From contig PDIP01000106.1 of assembly GCA_002811645.1 (NCBI GenBank), positions 1 to 53,538 on the forward strand: a DNA stretch of 53,538 bases, given 5' to 3'. The DNA is from Corallochytrium limacisporum Hawaii (Eukaryota > Protista > Pluriformea). Numbering within the stretch: the stretch's first letter is position 1; the number at the start of each line of letters is the position of its first letter. Shown one piece after another: positions 1 to 10,944 of the stretch. The notes under the pieces are model-generated. The model made no database searches and was not told where the DNA came from. It saw nothing but the letters and a program-made list of their open reading frames with translations. The translations under genes were made by a program, and so were the position numbers.

Positions 1-2
1 AA

Positions 3-443
3 AGTCTGATCTACAACAACAAACTCACCACCCCTGCTGCCATCAGGAATGTTGCCGAATTGGCCATGAAGGCCATTGGTGCAGACTGGTCTGATGCTTT
101 CCTAAACAGCCTTATCTCACCCAGCGTGGAAGGTTTTGCGCAGTCCGTCGCCGGTAACAATGTCTACATGGAAATGTGGGAGTGTGATCGCTCCATGGTT
201 CCTGCCAACACCTGCAATGAGGCTCTGGCTACCCAGTTCCCCCCATCTCTGACTTGCGAGGTACAACAATCTATGAGCGGTTTCGGCGTGCAGGCTGCTG
301 CGAATGAAGTCCAAAAGACCGGCAGCACTACCGTTCCCGTTGACATTGTGGAACAATTGGAATCTCAGAACTACAAGTTGGAGCCAGTTGGTGGACACAA
401 GAATCGCTGGCGCATTCTCTCCATCGACGAAGCCTCGGAGTAA
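3..443 (+). CDS. 3' end (5'-truncated by window edge) of a paralog of the aerolysin-like protein at 6419-7945
   Basis: The frame is open from base 3 (SLIYNNKLTTPAAIRNVAELAMKAIGADWSDAFLNS...GHKNRWRILSIDEASE*). It aligns without gaps to the last ~141 aa of ORF 6419-7945, at about 70% identity by manual count. Confidence 0.9.
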   Translation, partial: SLIYNNKLTTPAAIRNVAELAMKAIGADWSDAFLNSLISPSVEGFAQSVAGNNVYMEMWECDRSMVPANTCNEALATQFPPSLTCEVQQSMSGFGVQAAANEVQKTGSTTVPVDIVEQLESQNYKLEPVGGHKNRWRILSIDEASE

Positions 444-503
444 GAAAATTACCCCAACACCCTCCATATCTCTGCATAGAACCTGACGGCTGAGCGTAGT
501 CGC

Positions 504-535
504 GGAACCAGCGCAACCAGGAGTTGCGCGGTTCC
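504..535 (+). other. GC-rich stem-loop in the presumed 3' UTR of the first toxin-like paralog
   Basis: GGAACC-A-GCGCAAC / loop CAGGA / GTTGCGC-GGTTCC forms a 13-bp stem with one bulged A, 60 nt after the stop codon. Confidence 0.5.
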
Positions 536-1829
536 CGGCACAAATCACCAGCTGTCTATGTTTTTTAGTTAAGCGCGGCTTTTGTGCGCCAAATAATCCA
601 GCAACAACTTGTACGCACGGACCGTTCGTCACCTTCAATATATACTGCACCTAGTTGGTTTGTCTCAGTGGGAGTCTAATTTTGTCTTAAACAGAGTGTT
701 CGTGTGCGACCGCGGGAAGTGCCGACAAGACCGGGGACTCGACCTCACAGCTTATTTGCTGGCGTCCGGACATTACCACCGCCTCCCTCCGCAGAAGTCG
801 ACTTCGGCTGGTTACTTGGGCGGAGTCCGGACGACGATTTCCATCATTCTCGCCGACTCGCGACGGGGAGACCGCGAAGCTACAGCCCGGTTGGTGGGTG
901 GGGCGGGGGGGTGAAAGGCGCGCCAATGCGGGAACTGCCGAAAGAGGCCGACACGAGAAGATGACCGGATTTCAGGGGACAAGGGGAGCGAGAGGTCAGG
1001 ATGCGTTATCACTTTATCAAGTGACGAAAACGATGGTTGTCCACGAGTTGCCACCACTTTGTGAGTGACGATTTTGTTAACCAATTCGGCTTTGATGCAA
1101 GCAATTCGTGACATCCAAGCACAGGATCTCGACGGTCGGAGTCTCGACTACAGTCTAGTCGTACAAGATTTTGACATTCATGCACGATTCTGCCCTTGCG
1201 ATTACGAACAGCCCAACTGTTCTTCATCGTCATCATCTGTACCAGGAGCCATTGAAGATAACGGAGTTTTTAGTTTTTTGTTGTTTTGTCTGTTCTCATG
1301 ATCAGAGAGCGCTCCCTTGCTCCTTTGCAAGCTGCTAGTCTGCCGCCGTATCCTAGACCGGTCTAAACTTGTCCATGGGACCAAGTCAACCACGGAGTGC
1401 ATGCCACCGGTGAGGAAGAAACTGGGTATTCCCGAGGAAATGTTTTGTTTGGACTTTGTTTGGATAGTCAAAGTGAGAATCGGGCAAACACCTGTCCCAA
1501 CCCGTACCCTGCAACCTTGTTATCAAAACAGGATCTACCCGAGAAGAGGACGAGTGGCGGAGGGGCAATGTTACGTAATCACCAAGTTCTCCTCGAGCTT
1601 GAGGGTTGTGGAAGCGATCGAGTGGTATTCCTGAAACTGTTTTATCAAATCCAAAACTACAAACATAGATCTCTCATGCAGAGATAGGTCAAAAGGGGCA
1701 GGTAACGTTGAAGTGCCAGCGGTAGTGTAATTGGTCTCCATGGCTTCGCAACGGAGCATTCACCGCTCGCATCCTGCATATGGTATCGACCGTCCACCTT
1801 CCCCCTCCCTTCTTCCCCCCCCCCCCCGG

Positions 1830-1996
1830 NNNNNNNNNNNNNNNNNNNNNNNNNNNNNNNNNNNNNNNNNNNNNNNNNNNNNNNNNNNNNNNNNNNNNNN
1901 NNNNNNNNNNNNNNNNNNNNNNNNNNNNNNNNNNNNNNNNNNNNNNNNNNNNNNNNNNNNNNNNNNNNNNNNNNNNNNNNNNNNNNNNNNNNNNNN
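1830..1996. other. Assembly gap (N run)
   Basis: Run of N flanked by poly-C tracts. Confidence 1.
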
Positions 1997-4536
1997 CCCC
2001 CCCCCTCCTTCCCCCCCCCCCCCGGGGCGGGGGGGGCAGGCCCCCGTGCTTCTCTCGTCCACGTTGGAATCGAAGTGGCTGCGCACAAGAGTCGCATTTT
2101 TTCTCTTCGCCCGTAATGACATCGGGAGTCTATTTTATATTCTTATGTTCGCGTGGGGCACCACCACGGGGCACTGAATTCCTTGTGGAACCCCAAGGGA
2201 GAACAAAGAAACCACCAAACAATCTTCCCCCCCCCCCCCGGGGGCCGCCCAGGGGGAGGAGGGGAAGACGAAGGCGGCTACGAGCTTAGGACCGTTGGAA
2301 AGAACAAGGGTGATCAATACGGCGGTGGCTGTTCGTACCAATCAGAAATAACGGCTGCGCAGCATTTGGTCCTTCCCCCCGGTTCCGGGCGAGTAAGAGC
2401 CAGAACGACGGGCCCCGGCCCCCTCTCTCCCCGTGGCGCCCTTGATTGACCTGGTGGCGTCGTGAGTCTATTTCAGATTCCCGACCCGGGGGCCCGGATG
2501 GACTGTCTCAATGTCGAAGGTTGGACTGACTGCACAGGGCAAAGACAATGCAGCGACAAGAGCGTCGCCCAAGTAGGAACCATCGCTCTTCACTGACTTC
2601 TTTATCCTCTTCAATGGTGCCAGAATAGGCCAACTTGTGCAGTTTGCAGTCCCTAGTGAGGCCCGTCTCCCTGCATTGACCATGAATTCCTCCAAAGTTG
2701 AAGCGTAAAGATTTTCCATAGCTCCGGAATATCAAGGTATCGGCTTGTACACAAGTCCCTGTCCATAAAACAACCTTTCTCGAGTTTCCGGCATGAAAGC
2801 CGCATATATCGTTACTTTTCTTGGACGAAATACAACATGTGGCAACATGTGCTCACAGTTCGCACGGAGAAGGGTCGATGACGCTTGTATTTTCCATTGT
2901 GTTTGCATGATCCAGACAGCGATGAGAGCGCAGGTAGAGGATCTCCTCTGAGAAGCAGGAAAGAAAAGTTGGCTCGTGAGATGGATAGCATAGCACTAGA
3001 GAGAGATCGCAAAGCGCAGAGTTTGGATACATGGAGATCATTGTGTTTGGACTTCCTTTGACGAGCAAAGATATGAATGAAGAAAGCATGCTAATCTCTC
3101 AAACGAACAAAACTGTCCTCAAATAGAGTACTAGGATCCCAACGCATTCGAAGACAAGGCCATGCGCACATAACGACAGAGAAATGTCACACTTTGCAAC
3201 CTCGAAAGACCTCATAAAGTTCAATGATTCTACTTCTGTCAAAGGGAGGACGGAACTGTTCAGATAAGGTATTGCTTGCCAAACACCTTTGTAGTTCATG
3301 GTGCTCATGGCTGAACGTTTTCAGCACACAGCCCACCCGCTCAAGTCAAGAAAAGCCATTGGGAGTGCTCTGTGGAAACATTGAATAGGCAGCGCGGGTC
3401 GTTAATTGTCTATCAACTGCATCACCGTCCAATGCTAATGGTCCATGTGTCCCAATCGTAGTTTGTAGTCCTGTCCACGCTTGGTGGTGGATGGCAACGT
3501 CCATGCTACTGTCGGTGTTTTGTGGTACTCAGTCAAAGCTGTCATGAGTTTCGGAGGGAGTCTTGGGTGTTTCATTGAACGAACCACGCTTACTAAAGGG
3601 TAGCGTGTTGCCGTTTATGGGATGTGCTTCTCACCGGTCCATCATATCATTGACTTTACGGTACCCGTTGGTATGCCCAGCTACGCTTGTTGGAGATTGG
3701 ATACGACGTGTGCATCTGCATTCTCTGTAAATGCTCCAGTTCTGGTCAATTTAGGGACAGGCAACAAACAGCGAAATGGTCCCTACAAGAACCGTCAAGA
3801 TGTGGGGCCTTTCCCTGTGAAGAATAGTGCACTCTAGCAGCGCCCCCAGTCCTCGTGCGATTCATAATTACTTCCCGCATATGCTGTGTGTTGAAACGGT
3901 TGCATCACAAAGATAATTGTGAGGCCGGACATGTGTAGGATACGCGACGAGATGGAGACCCACCACTGTGTCCCGTTGAACGTGCATATAGGGTAGTTAC
4001 CTCCCATGCGGCGACGTCCCTCCCCGTTCTCCGTACCTCACCCCTCCGTTTCCCGTACTACTTGCCCCGGCCCCGCCGGTTTCCCAGCACCGCCCCGCGA
4101 TGCGTGCTATTGGTACGTGATCTCCTACTCCGTTGTTGGTCCGGTATCTGCCCACAGCATGGAGGAAAAGAGCCGCAAAGCAGAAGTGGGTTGCCCAATG
4201 AACGCCACACTCACATAATTTACAAAATCATGAATGGAGTGACCAACAGCACTGCCGAGAAATGTTTGTTCCGTAACATTTCGTTTTGTGATGAGCCCAT
4301 TGTGTGTCCTGCGCTCATCGTGCAGTCTACGGTTGTGTAATTTCTCTCATCTTTCTCACTTCTAAAGTGAAACACAGGTATTTCCAAGAAAGCATGGTAT
4401 TTAAGGGATCTGATCGTGAATAGAAGGATAGATCGAAGGATAGGTCCACCCAACCGTCATTCTGTTCGCAGCACCTGCAGAGGAATACAGGTTGAATCAA
4501 GTTTGCCTACGCAGCACAGACACAAAGCGTCGTCCA

Positions 4537-6141
4537 ATGCGTCTCTTTGACATCTTGACATTCATCACTTGTGGTGTAGCCACTGCTCTGGCTGGTGACA
4601 ATGAGGTGAGCACCGCCAACGAGGATGGCTTCATCTGGGTAGTCCCCCAGGCACCGGAACAGATCCACGTCGGTCCCTATGACATCCAGGGCGACAATAA
4701 TAAATACGTCTTCCGGTGGGCGACTGCCCTCCCAAAACAAGTGGTTGATGGATCTGATCCCGTAAATACCTACGCTCCTGTTGTCAATATCTGGCACTAC
4801 GGTGATGTAAGCCACAACGAGGGACTTACATTCGAGGGTCGTAGCTGGCTCTTTCACGACCCTGGTAGTAAACCTGGTCACTTCAATCAGCTTTTCCATG
4901 AGGTGATCGTTGATCTGACCTTGATCGAGAATGGAGACACCCGCTACTATCGGTACATGGTTGGTGACAGACAGTTTGGATACTCCTCCATCATGATGTT
5001 GGAGACCCTGCCCCAGACCTTGCTCAATCATGAGCCCCTGAAGCTCCTCTTGTACGGCGATCTTGGGTGGGAGAACGCCGTGGCTTTGCCCCTGATCGAA
5101 GAACGTATGCGCAATGAACATTTTCACGCCGCCGTTCACATAGGTGACTTTGCTTACGACTTTGATACTGCCAACGGCACCTACGGTGACCATTTTATGC
5201 GCTCTATTCAGTCCATTGCCTCTCGCATGCCCTATTTGGTCACCATGGGTAACCATGAGGCCCCCTATGACTTCTTCCACTACTTGAACCGCTTCACCCA
5301 GCCCTATAGGGCATCCAATTCAACTTCTCCAATGTTCTGGTCGATGGACATGCCCCATGTCCACTTCGTGAGTTTCAGTTCCGAGCTGTACTACTTCACC
5401 AACGAGACGGCGGTCAGAGAACAATGGGAATGGTTGGACGCTGATCTGGCGGCCGTTAACCGCACTGATACACCCTGGGTCATTGTCATGTCTCATCGTC
5501 CCATGTACTGCTTTGCAGATGATAAACCCTGCAATGTGGACACAACCCGACTCTTGTCTGATGGTCTTATTATCGGGAACAACACTGATGGTTCTGTGGA
5601 ACGGAAGTGGGGACTAGAGGAACTAGTGCTCAAGTACGATGTAGATCTATACGTAGCCGGCCATGTGCACAGCTATGAGCGTCACTGGCCGACTCGTCGT
5701 GGCCAGGCAGTGATCACCGACGGAGTCAGTCTGCATGTCTACGAAAATCCTCAGGCACCCGTTCACTGGACTGTGGGAAACGCCGGCAATAAAGGCGGAA
5801 TCAACTTCTTTGAATCGGTAGGCAACTCCACAGCTGTTCAGTACGAGGGCTATGGATACTCTGTGGTGGAAATCACGAGGTCAAAGATACAATTCCGTCT
5901 GTACCAAGCTCCATCCAACGAACTCTTTGACTACTTCACGATTGTCAAGACCTGCAGCGATGACAACCCCTGGACTATTGCTCCCACCGGCGCTCCCTGC
6001 TGGTTTGACAATGACAGGGAGGACTGTGCTAAGTGCATAGACGGAGGCTGTCAGTGTGACAGAGATCGGCCAAATGTCTGCGTACAATGTGGAGATGACG
6101 AGGCGTGCGCAGAAGCTGCACCGTGCGAGAATTTCTTCTGA
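4537..6141 (+). CDS. Secreted purple acid phosphatase (metallophosphoesterase, ACP7/PAP-like) with a C-terminal 10-Cys module
   Basis: ATG at 4537 opens a signal-peptide-like MRLFDILTFITCGVATALAG. The five PAP metal-ligand blocks occur in order: GDLG, GDFAYD, GNHE, VMSHRPMY, GHVHSYER. The N-terminal FN3-like part has HEV...L...YYRYMVG, and the Cys-rich tail starts at ~5953. Confidence 0.93.
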   Translation: MRLFDILTFITCGVATALAGDNEVSTANEDGFIWVVPQAPEQIHVGPYDIQGDNNKYVFRWATALPKQVVDGSDPVNTYAPVVNIWHYGDVSHNEGLTFEGRSWLFHDPGSKPGHFNQLFHEVIVDLTLIENGDTRYYRYMVGDRQFGYSSIMMLETLPQTLLNHEPLKLLLYGDLGWENAVALPLIEERMRNEHFHAAVHIGDFAYDFDTANGTYGDHFMRSIQSIASRMPYLVTMGNHEAPYDFFHYLNRFTQPYRASNSTSPMFWSMDMPHVHFVSFSSELYYFTNETAVREQWEWLDADLAAVNRTDTPWVIVMSHRPMYCFADDKPCNVDTTRLLSDGLIIGNNTDGSVERKWGLEELVLKYDVDLYVAGHVHSYERHWPTRRGQAVITDGVSLHVYENPQAPVHWTVGNAGNKGGINFFESVGNSTAVQYEGYGYSVVEITRSKIQFRLYQAPSNELFDYFTIVKTCSDDNPWTIAPTGAPCWFDNDREDCAKCIDGGCQCDRDRPNVCVQCGDDEACAEAAPCENFF

Positions 6142-6418
6142 ATCGAAATCAGATGAGGGTGCCGCAGATTACGCGATTGAACAATTTGGTGTACCATGAC
6201 TTCATGTCACATGGTGGCCATGAAAATTGACATCGTGAAACAACGTTGATACAAACAATATATTTGAGGACATAGTGTCCCTTTATCCTGCACCGGAACA
6301 TATGAGAAGTGAGGGTGCACATCTTCCGATAATCGTTGGGTGGTAATTCTGTTGTGAAGCATGGTACCCTTCTGTCCTGGCTTAACTGAGTACAGGGCGT
6401 TTGTGGGCGAAAATCGAT

Positions 6419-7945
6419 TTACTTTGCCAGAATGCGCCAGCGGTTCTTGTGGCCACTAACAGGCTCCAACTTGTAGTTCTGAGCTTCAAGCTGATCCACA
6501 ACGGCTTGAGGCGCGGTGTGGCTGTCAGATGTTTGCACAGAGTTTGCGGCTGCCTGGAAGGCCATACCACTCAAGGACTTTTGTGTTTCGCATGTAGCAG
6601 GTGGTGGGAACTTTGCGGCCAATTCCTCATTGCAACTGAGATTAGGGACCTTTGAACGGTCACATTCCCACATCTCCATGAAAATGTTGTTGCCGGCGAT
6701 GGATTCCGCAAAGCCAGCCACGCTAGGAGAGACCAGGCTGTTCAGAAAAGCATCAGACCATTCAGCACCAATGACCTTCATTGCCAGTTCAGCCACATTC
6801 CTGATCGCAGCGGGGGTGGTGAGTTTGTTGTTGTAGAGAAGGTTGGGAATCTGGGAAGCGTTGCCCAGTCTGGGCCGACCGTTGCCCTGGATCCAAGCCT
6901 GGATCCCGGTAAGCTCTGGGTCATACATGATATCACCAGTGAACCAGATGTCAGCTTCAGTCTGATCCGTCCACACGGTTACATTCAGATAACTGTTTCG
7001 ACGCATCAAAGGGGACGCATCGAATGAGACCGTGCGGGACTCGGTTACCGACTGACTGGTTCCTTCAGTGGTGGACTTAGCAGCGGTTCTTTCTAGACCC
7101 ATCGACATTTTCGTAGAGATTTCCAGGCCGACACCGAGGAACTTGGTTGAGGCTTTGGCACCGATCTCAAGTCCCTTAGTTTTTTTGGTACTTTCAGAGT
7201 AAGTTTGGGAAGAGCTAGAGCCGGTTGATTCCGTGATGGTCTCAGAATAGCTGTACTGAGTAGTCACGCACTGATTCAAAGTGTTCGAATAGAAGCCTGT
7301 GTTTGGACTCGTTTGCTTGCTGCGGGTCAGCACCTCCCACACACGTGTCGTAGCGTAGTCAAAAGAAGTCTGGTTCTGATACTGATGATTGAGCGGTGCA
7401 GTCACATTCATGAAAGACGGGAAAGTGACGGCCCACGGTTTAAACCACTTCTCCTGTGCATCCTTGAAACACCGGGCCTCCATTCCTTCATTTGATGGAG
7501 TCAGGTCATGCAGAGCATACCACCACGCGTCCCAGTCAGCAGCATTCTTTTCCGTACGCTCAATCTCGTAGGGTGCCATGAGAATGGGGGCTGTGAGGGC
7601 ATTGAGTTTCCAGAGCAGAGAGTAGAAGGGATCCACGAAACCATTATAGTCAAGTATAGCAAAGTTTCCTGCCTTGTCCTCCATGTAGTCCTCAAAATCG
7701 GTGCCCTGCTGGACAACAATCTTGGCCAGGGGAGTCATGTCCGCGTGACCATGCATAATGTACTCAAACCCCCACTCACCTCTGCCCCACACCGCAGTTC
7801 TTAAGACACCTTCCCAAGCAGTAGTGTTGGCGGTGCTAATCAGGTGGGGACATTCAGCAAAGTTGGCGGGCTGGGCCGCCGGTGCGGATTCGGCAACGGT
7901 GATGCTCACAAGGAACACACAAACGGTGTGTGAGTTTAGCTTCAT
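6419..7945 (-). CDS. Secreted protein with a probable aerolysin/ETX-MTX2-like beta-pore-forming domain
   Basis: 508-aa ORF with a signal-peptide-like N-terminus (MKLNSHTVCVFLVSITVAES). The centre has Ser/Thr-rich strands around an alternating amphipathic hairpin (TKGLEIGAKASTKFLGVGLEISTKMSMGLE), followed by LNVTVW...IWFTGDIMY. The paralog at 3-443 confirms it is coding. The toxin assignment is pattern-based (~0.6). Confidence 0.75.
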   Translation of the reverse strand: MKLNSHTVCVFLVSITVAESAPAAQPANFAECPHLISTANTTAWEGVLRTAVWGRGEWGFEYIMHGHADMTPLAKIVVQQGTDFEDYMEDKAGNFAILDYNGFVDPFYSLLWKLNALTAPILMAPYEIERTEKNAADWDAWWYALHDLTPSNEGMEARCFKDAQEKWFKPWAVTFPSFMNVTAPLNHQYQNQTSFDYATTRVWEVLTRSKQTSPNTGFYSNTLNQCVTTQYSYSETITESTGSSSSQTYSESTKKTKGLEIGAKASTKFLGVGLEISTKMSMGLERTAAKSTTEGTSQSVTESRTVSFDASPLMRRNSYLNVTVWTDQTEADIWFTGDIMYDPELTGIQAWIQGNGRPRLGNASQIPNLLYNNKLTTPAAIRNVAELAMKVIGAEWSDAFLNSLVSPSVAGFAESIAGNNIFMEMWECDRSKVPNLSCNEELAAKFPPPATCETQKSLSGMAFQAAANSVQTSDSHTAPQAVVDQLEAQNYKLEPVSGHKNRWRILAK

Positions 7946-10944
7946 GTTGATCTTGATCTTTTAGCGATATGGAGGCGTTGTCAGATGAAATGATGATTTG
8001 GAACCTGATAGATGCACGTTTCATCCAGAACTGTCAGACGCCTGGTGGTTGTTCGATCTGTGCCCCTCTGATCACTGATCGGGATCGCCTTAAGTACCAG
8101 CGCAGAAGGTCCCATTGAGGTACTGGCACATGTTCGACATTGATAGTCATCCACAGAAGCAGTTCAATGACCCCAAAAGAACCACGACAAGTGAAAAATA
8201 TCCACAGGGATGCTTTTGCTTGGCTTTCCCCTGACAAGTATAGTACCTCGTCAAGCTCTTCGACATCCGCCAATGCAGCCATGGCCTTTCCCCCCCCCCC
8301 TACCCCGACAGCGGGGTCACTGTCGCCGTGTGTCCCCACTTCTGAGAGCGAGTGATGTGCGATCTGTGTGCGCACTAGGCACAGGAGGTGCGCCAGGTGA
8401 CTCATTTCGAGTTACTCCGGACTGAGTGCAACGGAACGAATTTCATTGGAGCTGTTGATAGACTCTATACAACAGGGTACAACAGGCTCCGGGCAGAGGC
8501 TTGAAGACAATTGCTTTGGTGCCCAGAGTCTCCAAGGGCCGTATCTTGATTACCACCTTGGAGTCTTCAGGAAAAGCACATGGACCACGCACGCAGCTGA
8601 CTCACAGGACTCGTGACAATGGGTAAAGTGTTTCTTGGTTGACTTTGTACCCCTCCCGGGGGAACTATCTGGGGAATGCGCAAAAATTCGACAGAGGTGA
8701 GCTAAAGTCCATATCTGTTGCTACACTAGGGTATGAATACAATTTCTCGTTAAGCTCATCTCTACCTCTGCGATGGATGGATGCGCAATGGCGGGTCACT
8801 GAAATTGTGAAAGCCCGGGAAGCACATTGAAATGTTCAATTACGGGCCAAGAAGACTGTTCAGGTGCAAGACTCGCCTCCACATTGACGTACCTTTGTCG
8901 TATCCGTACATGTTTGAAAACGGAGGTATTGATAACTCTTCGCCGATTACGCATGACACTTCCTATCACACAGCTCGCGGACCCTCCGCATACAATACCG
9001 CGGACAGGCCTGTCGCTGGCCTCCCCTTCCCCACCTCCCACTTTCTCCTGCGGCGCCGATCAAGACTGAGATAACAGGGTGCAGAATACTTAGCAGACAC
9101 TTCGAAACTCACAGGTCACCACACTGCGCAGAGGAAAAACCATATCCTTGGGAACACGAGATGTCTGCTTCCGCACCGTTAATTCTGTTACTATTCGTCC
9201 CTGTTTTGGAACTGACGAGAGGTTTCAGCAGGTGCTTGATACTCCATATCACAAAACCTGACACCCAAACAATGAATACACTTCGAAAGATAAAGCTGCA
9301 TGGCAGGGGCTGATGACGACACGATTGTGGGCAGTGAAACAGATGCCGACCCGCGGGCTAACGCTTCGGCGGGTGTTATATTATGCACTGCCATTATGCC
9401 GTCATAAACAAGTGCAATTTTGCATCAAGCGGACAGACGGGATCGGGCCAACAGATGACAACGTCTTCACATTAAGCTTGGCCCTGTATGAGGTTTCGGA
9501 CAGGTCAAAGGGTTGGTATCAAGACTGTGCAGCCCCGATAGACTCATCTCAGCGGGCCTCAGAATATGTGGTGAGAGACCGACACATGACTTCCATTAGG
9601 GGAAGACGTACGATGAAGATCAATTAACATACTGCCAACTTTGCATGTACTTCTTCGTTGCGTTGACTGCTTATCCGCTCCGGCGATACCAAGGATGAGG
9701 CAAAGTCCAAGCACATTGCGTCTTGTCCTTCCCGGGTTCTCCTTTGGTCTTCGGAAATACCACATGCCCGACAACATGTACCGTGATTGCTTGTCCCAGT
9801 GGAACTGTCCACCTCATATCCTGAGGTTGTACCTGGAGCTGCCGTTTGTAGGCCAGCATATCTCTTTTATTTGCGCAATTGAAAATGAAATACGGAGAGC
9901 GGTAGATAGCGCTATAAGAAAGTTCCCATCGAACTGCATGCCCGGATCCCAGGCGGGTCTTGTGCATCTCGCTGCCTGACTGGGTTGTGATTCTCTTATT
10001 ACACGGGCCGGGCCGCTATCTGGCTGCGCAACCCCAGGCCACACTGCGACAAAAAGTAACAGGGTCTCCGCTTTGGTATCAGCAAGCAGGACGTTTTAAG
10101 GTGAAAACTGTGATGTATATTTTTTCCTTCTTCTTATCCCGACGAAGTGACGGACATGTGGTTCGAAGAGGACTTTTTGCGGCCGTTAGCCTTTTCAGTC
10201 CAAGGCCTCGGGAGCTTGGGGGAAGAGATGAGCAGTTCCCTCCGGGGCCCACTTCCTGACAATCCGGCTGTCCAAACAGTCAGGCCCTTTGCAGACGGGA
10301 ACAGAGGTTGCAGCGCCGCCCGTAACTCTTATCTACATGGTGGCCTGAGATGCGGAAGAGACAACGAGGCCGTGCAGGCCAGAGCCGGCACGCGCAACAG
10401 GGTCAAAAGTGAACCCTGAACGGTCTTGGTGGGGCCTACCCTAAACCAATTGAGATCTTTGAGGCCCTGAAGCCACGACCAGCTTCAACTCGCTCACACA
10501 GGGAGCAGGTATATCACAGACCGAAGACGGAGTTCGAGACACACGTCCAAAATTAGGACCAGAGAGCGAGAGAATGACACATACTATTCCCCTGGGAACC
10601 GATTGTTGCTGTTATGAGGACAGGAGTATAATGATGATTAGGTTTCTTTGCTGACGTATGCGGCGGATGTGAAGAAGAGGTAATCTTCAAACGGTTTCGA
10701 TTGCCGAATTGACATACTGCGCATGTACTATTCCATATCGAACTCTATACGGCGCTGTGTTTCAGGACTTCATCCGAAGATCAGGCTAACTGACGAACTG
10801 ATCCAGCTCAAGAGCCTATCTGTGTATTACATCTTGATTTATAGACAAATAAGGGAGTCGACATCTAAAGAACTAACAAAGTTCCAAAATCTAGAGAGAT
10901 TGACAACGATATCGCCAGTTGTGCATGCGTGACGGATCACATCG

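Noticed and set aside
3186-3240. IIELYEVF on the - strand, resembling protein kinase subdomain IV
   Set aside because: No other kinase motifs (VAIK, HRD, DFG, APE) were found nearby in the frames I read.
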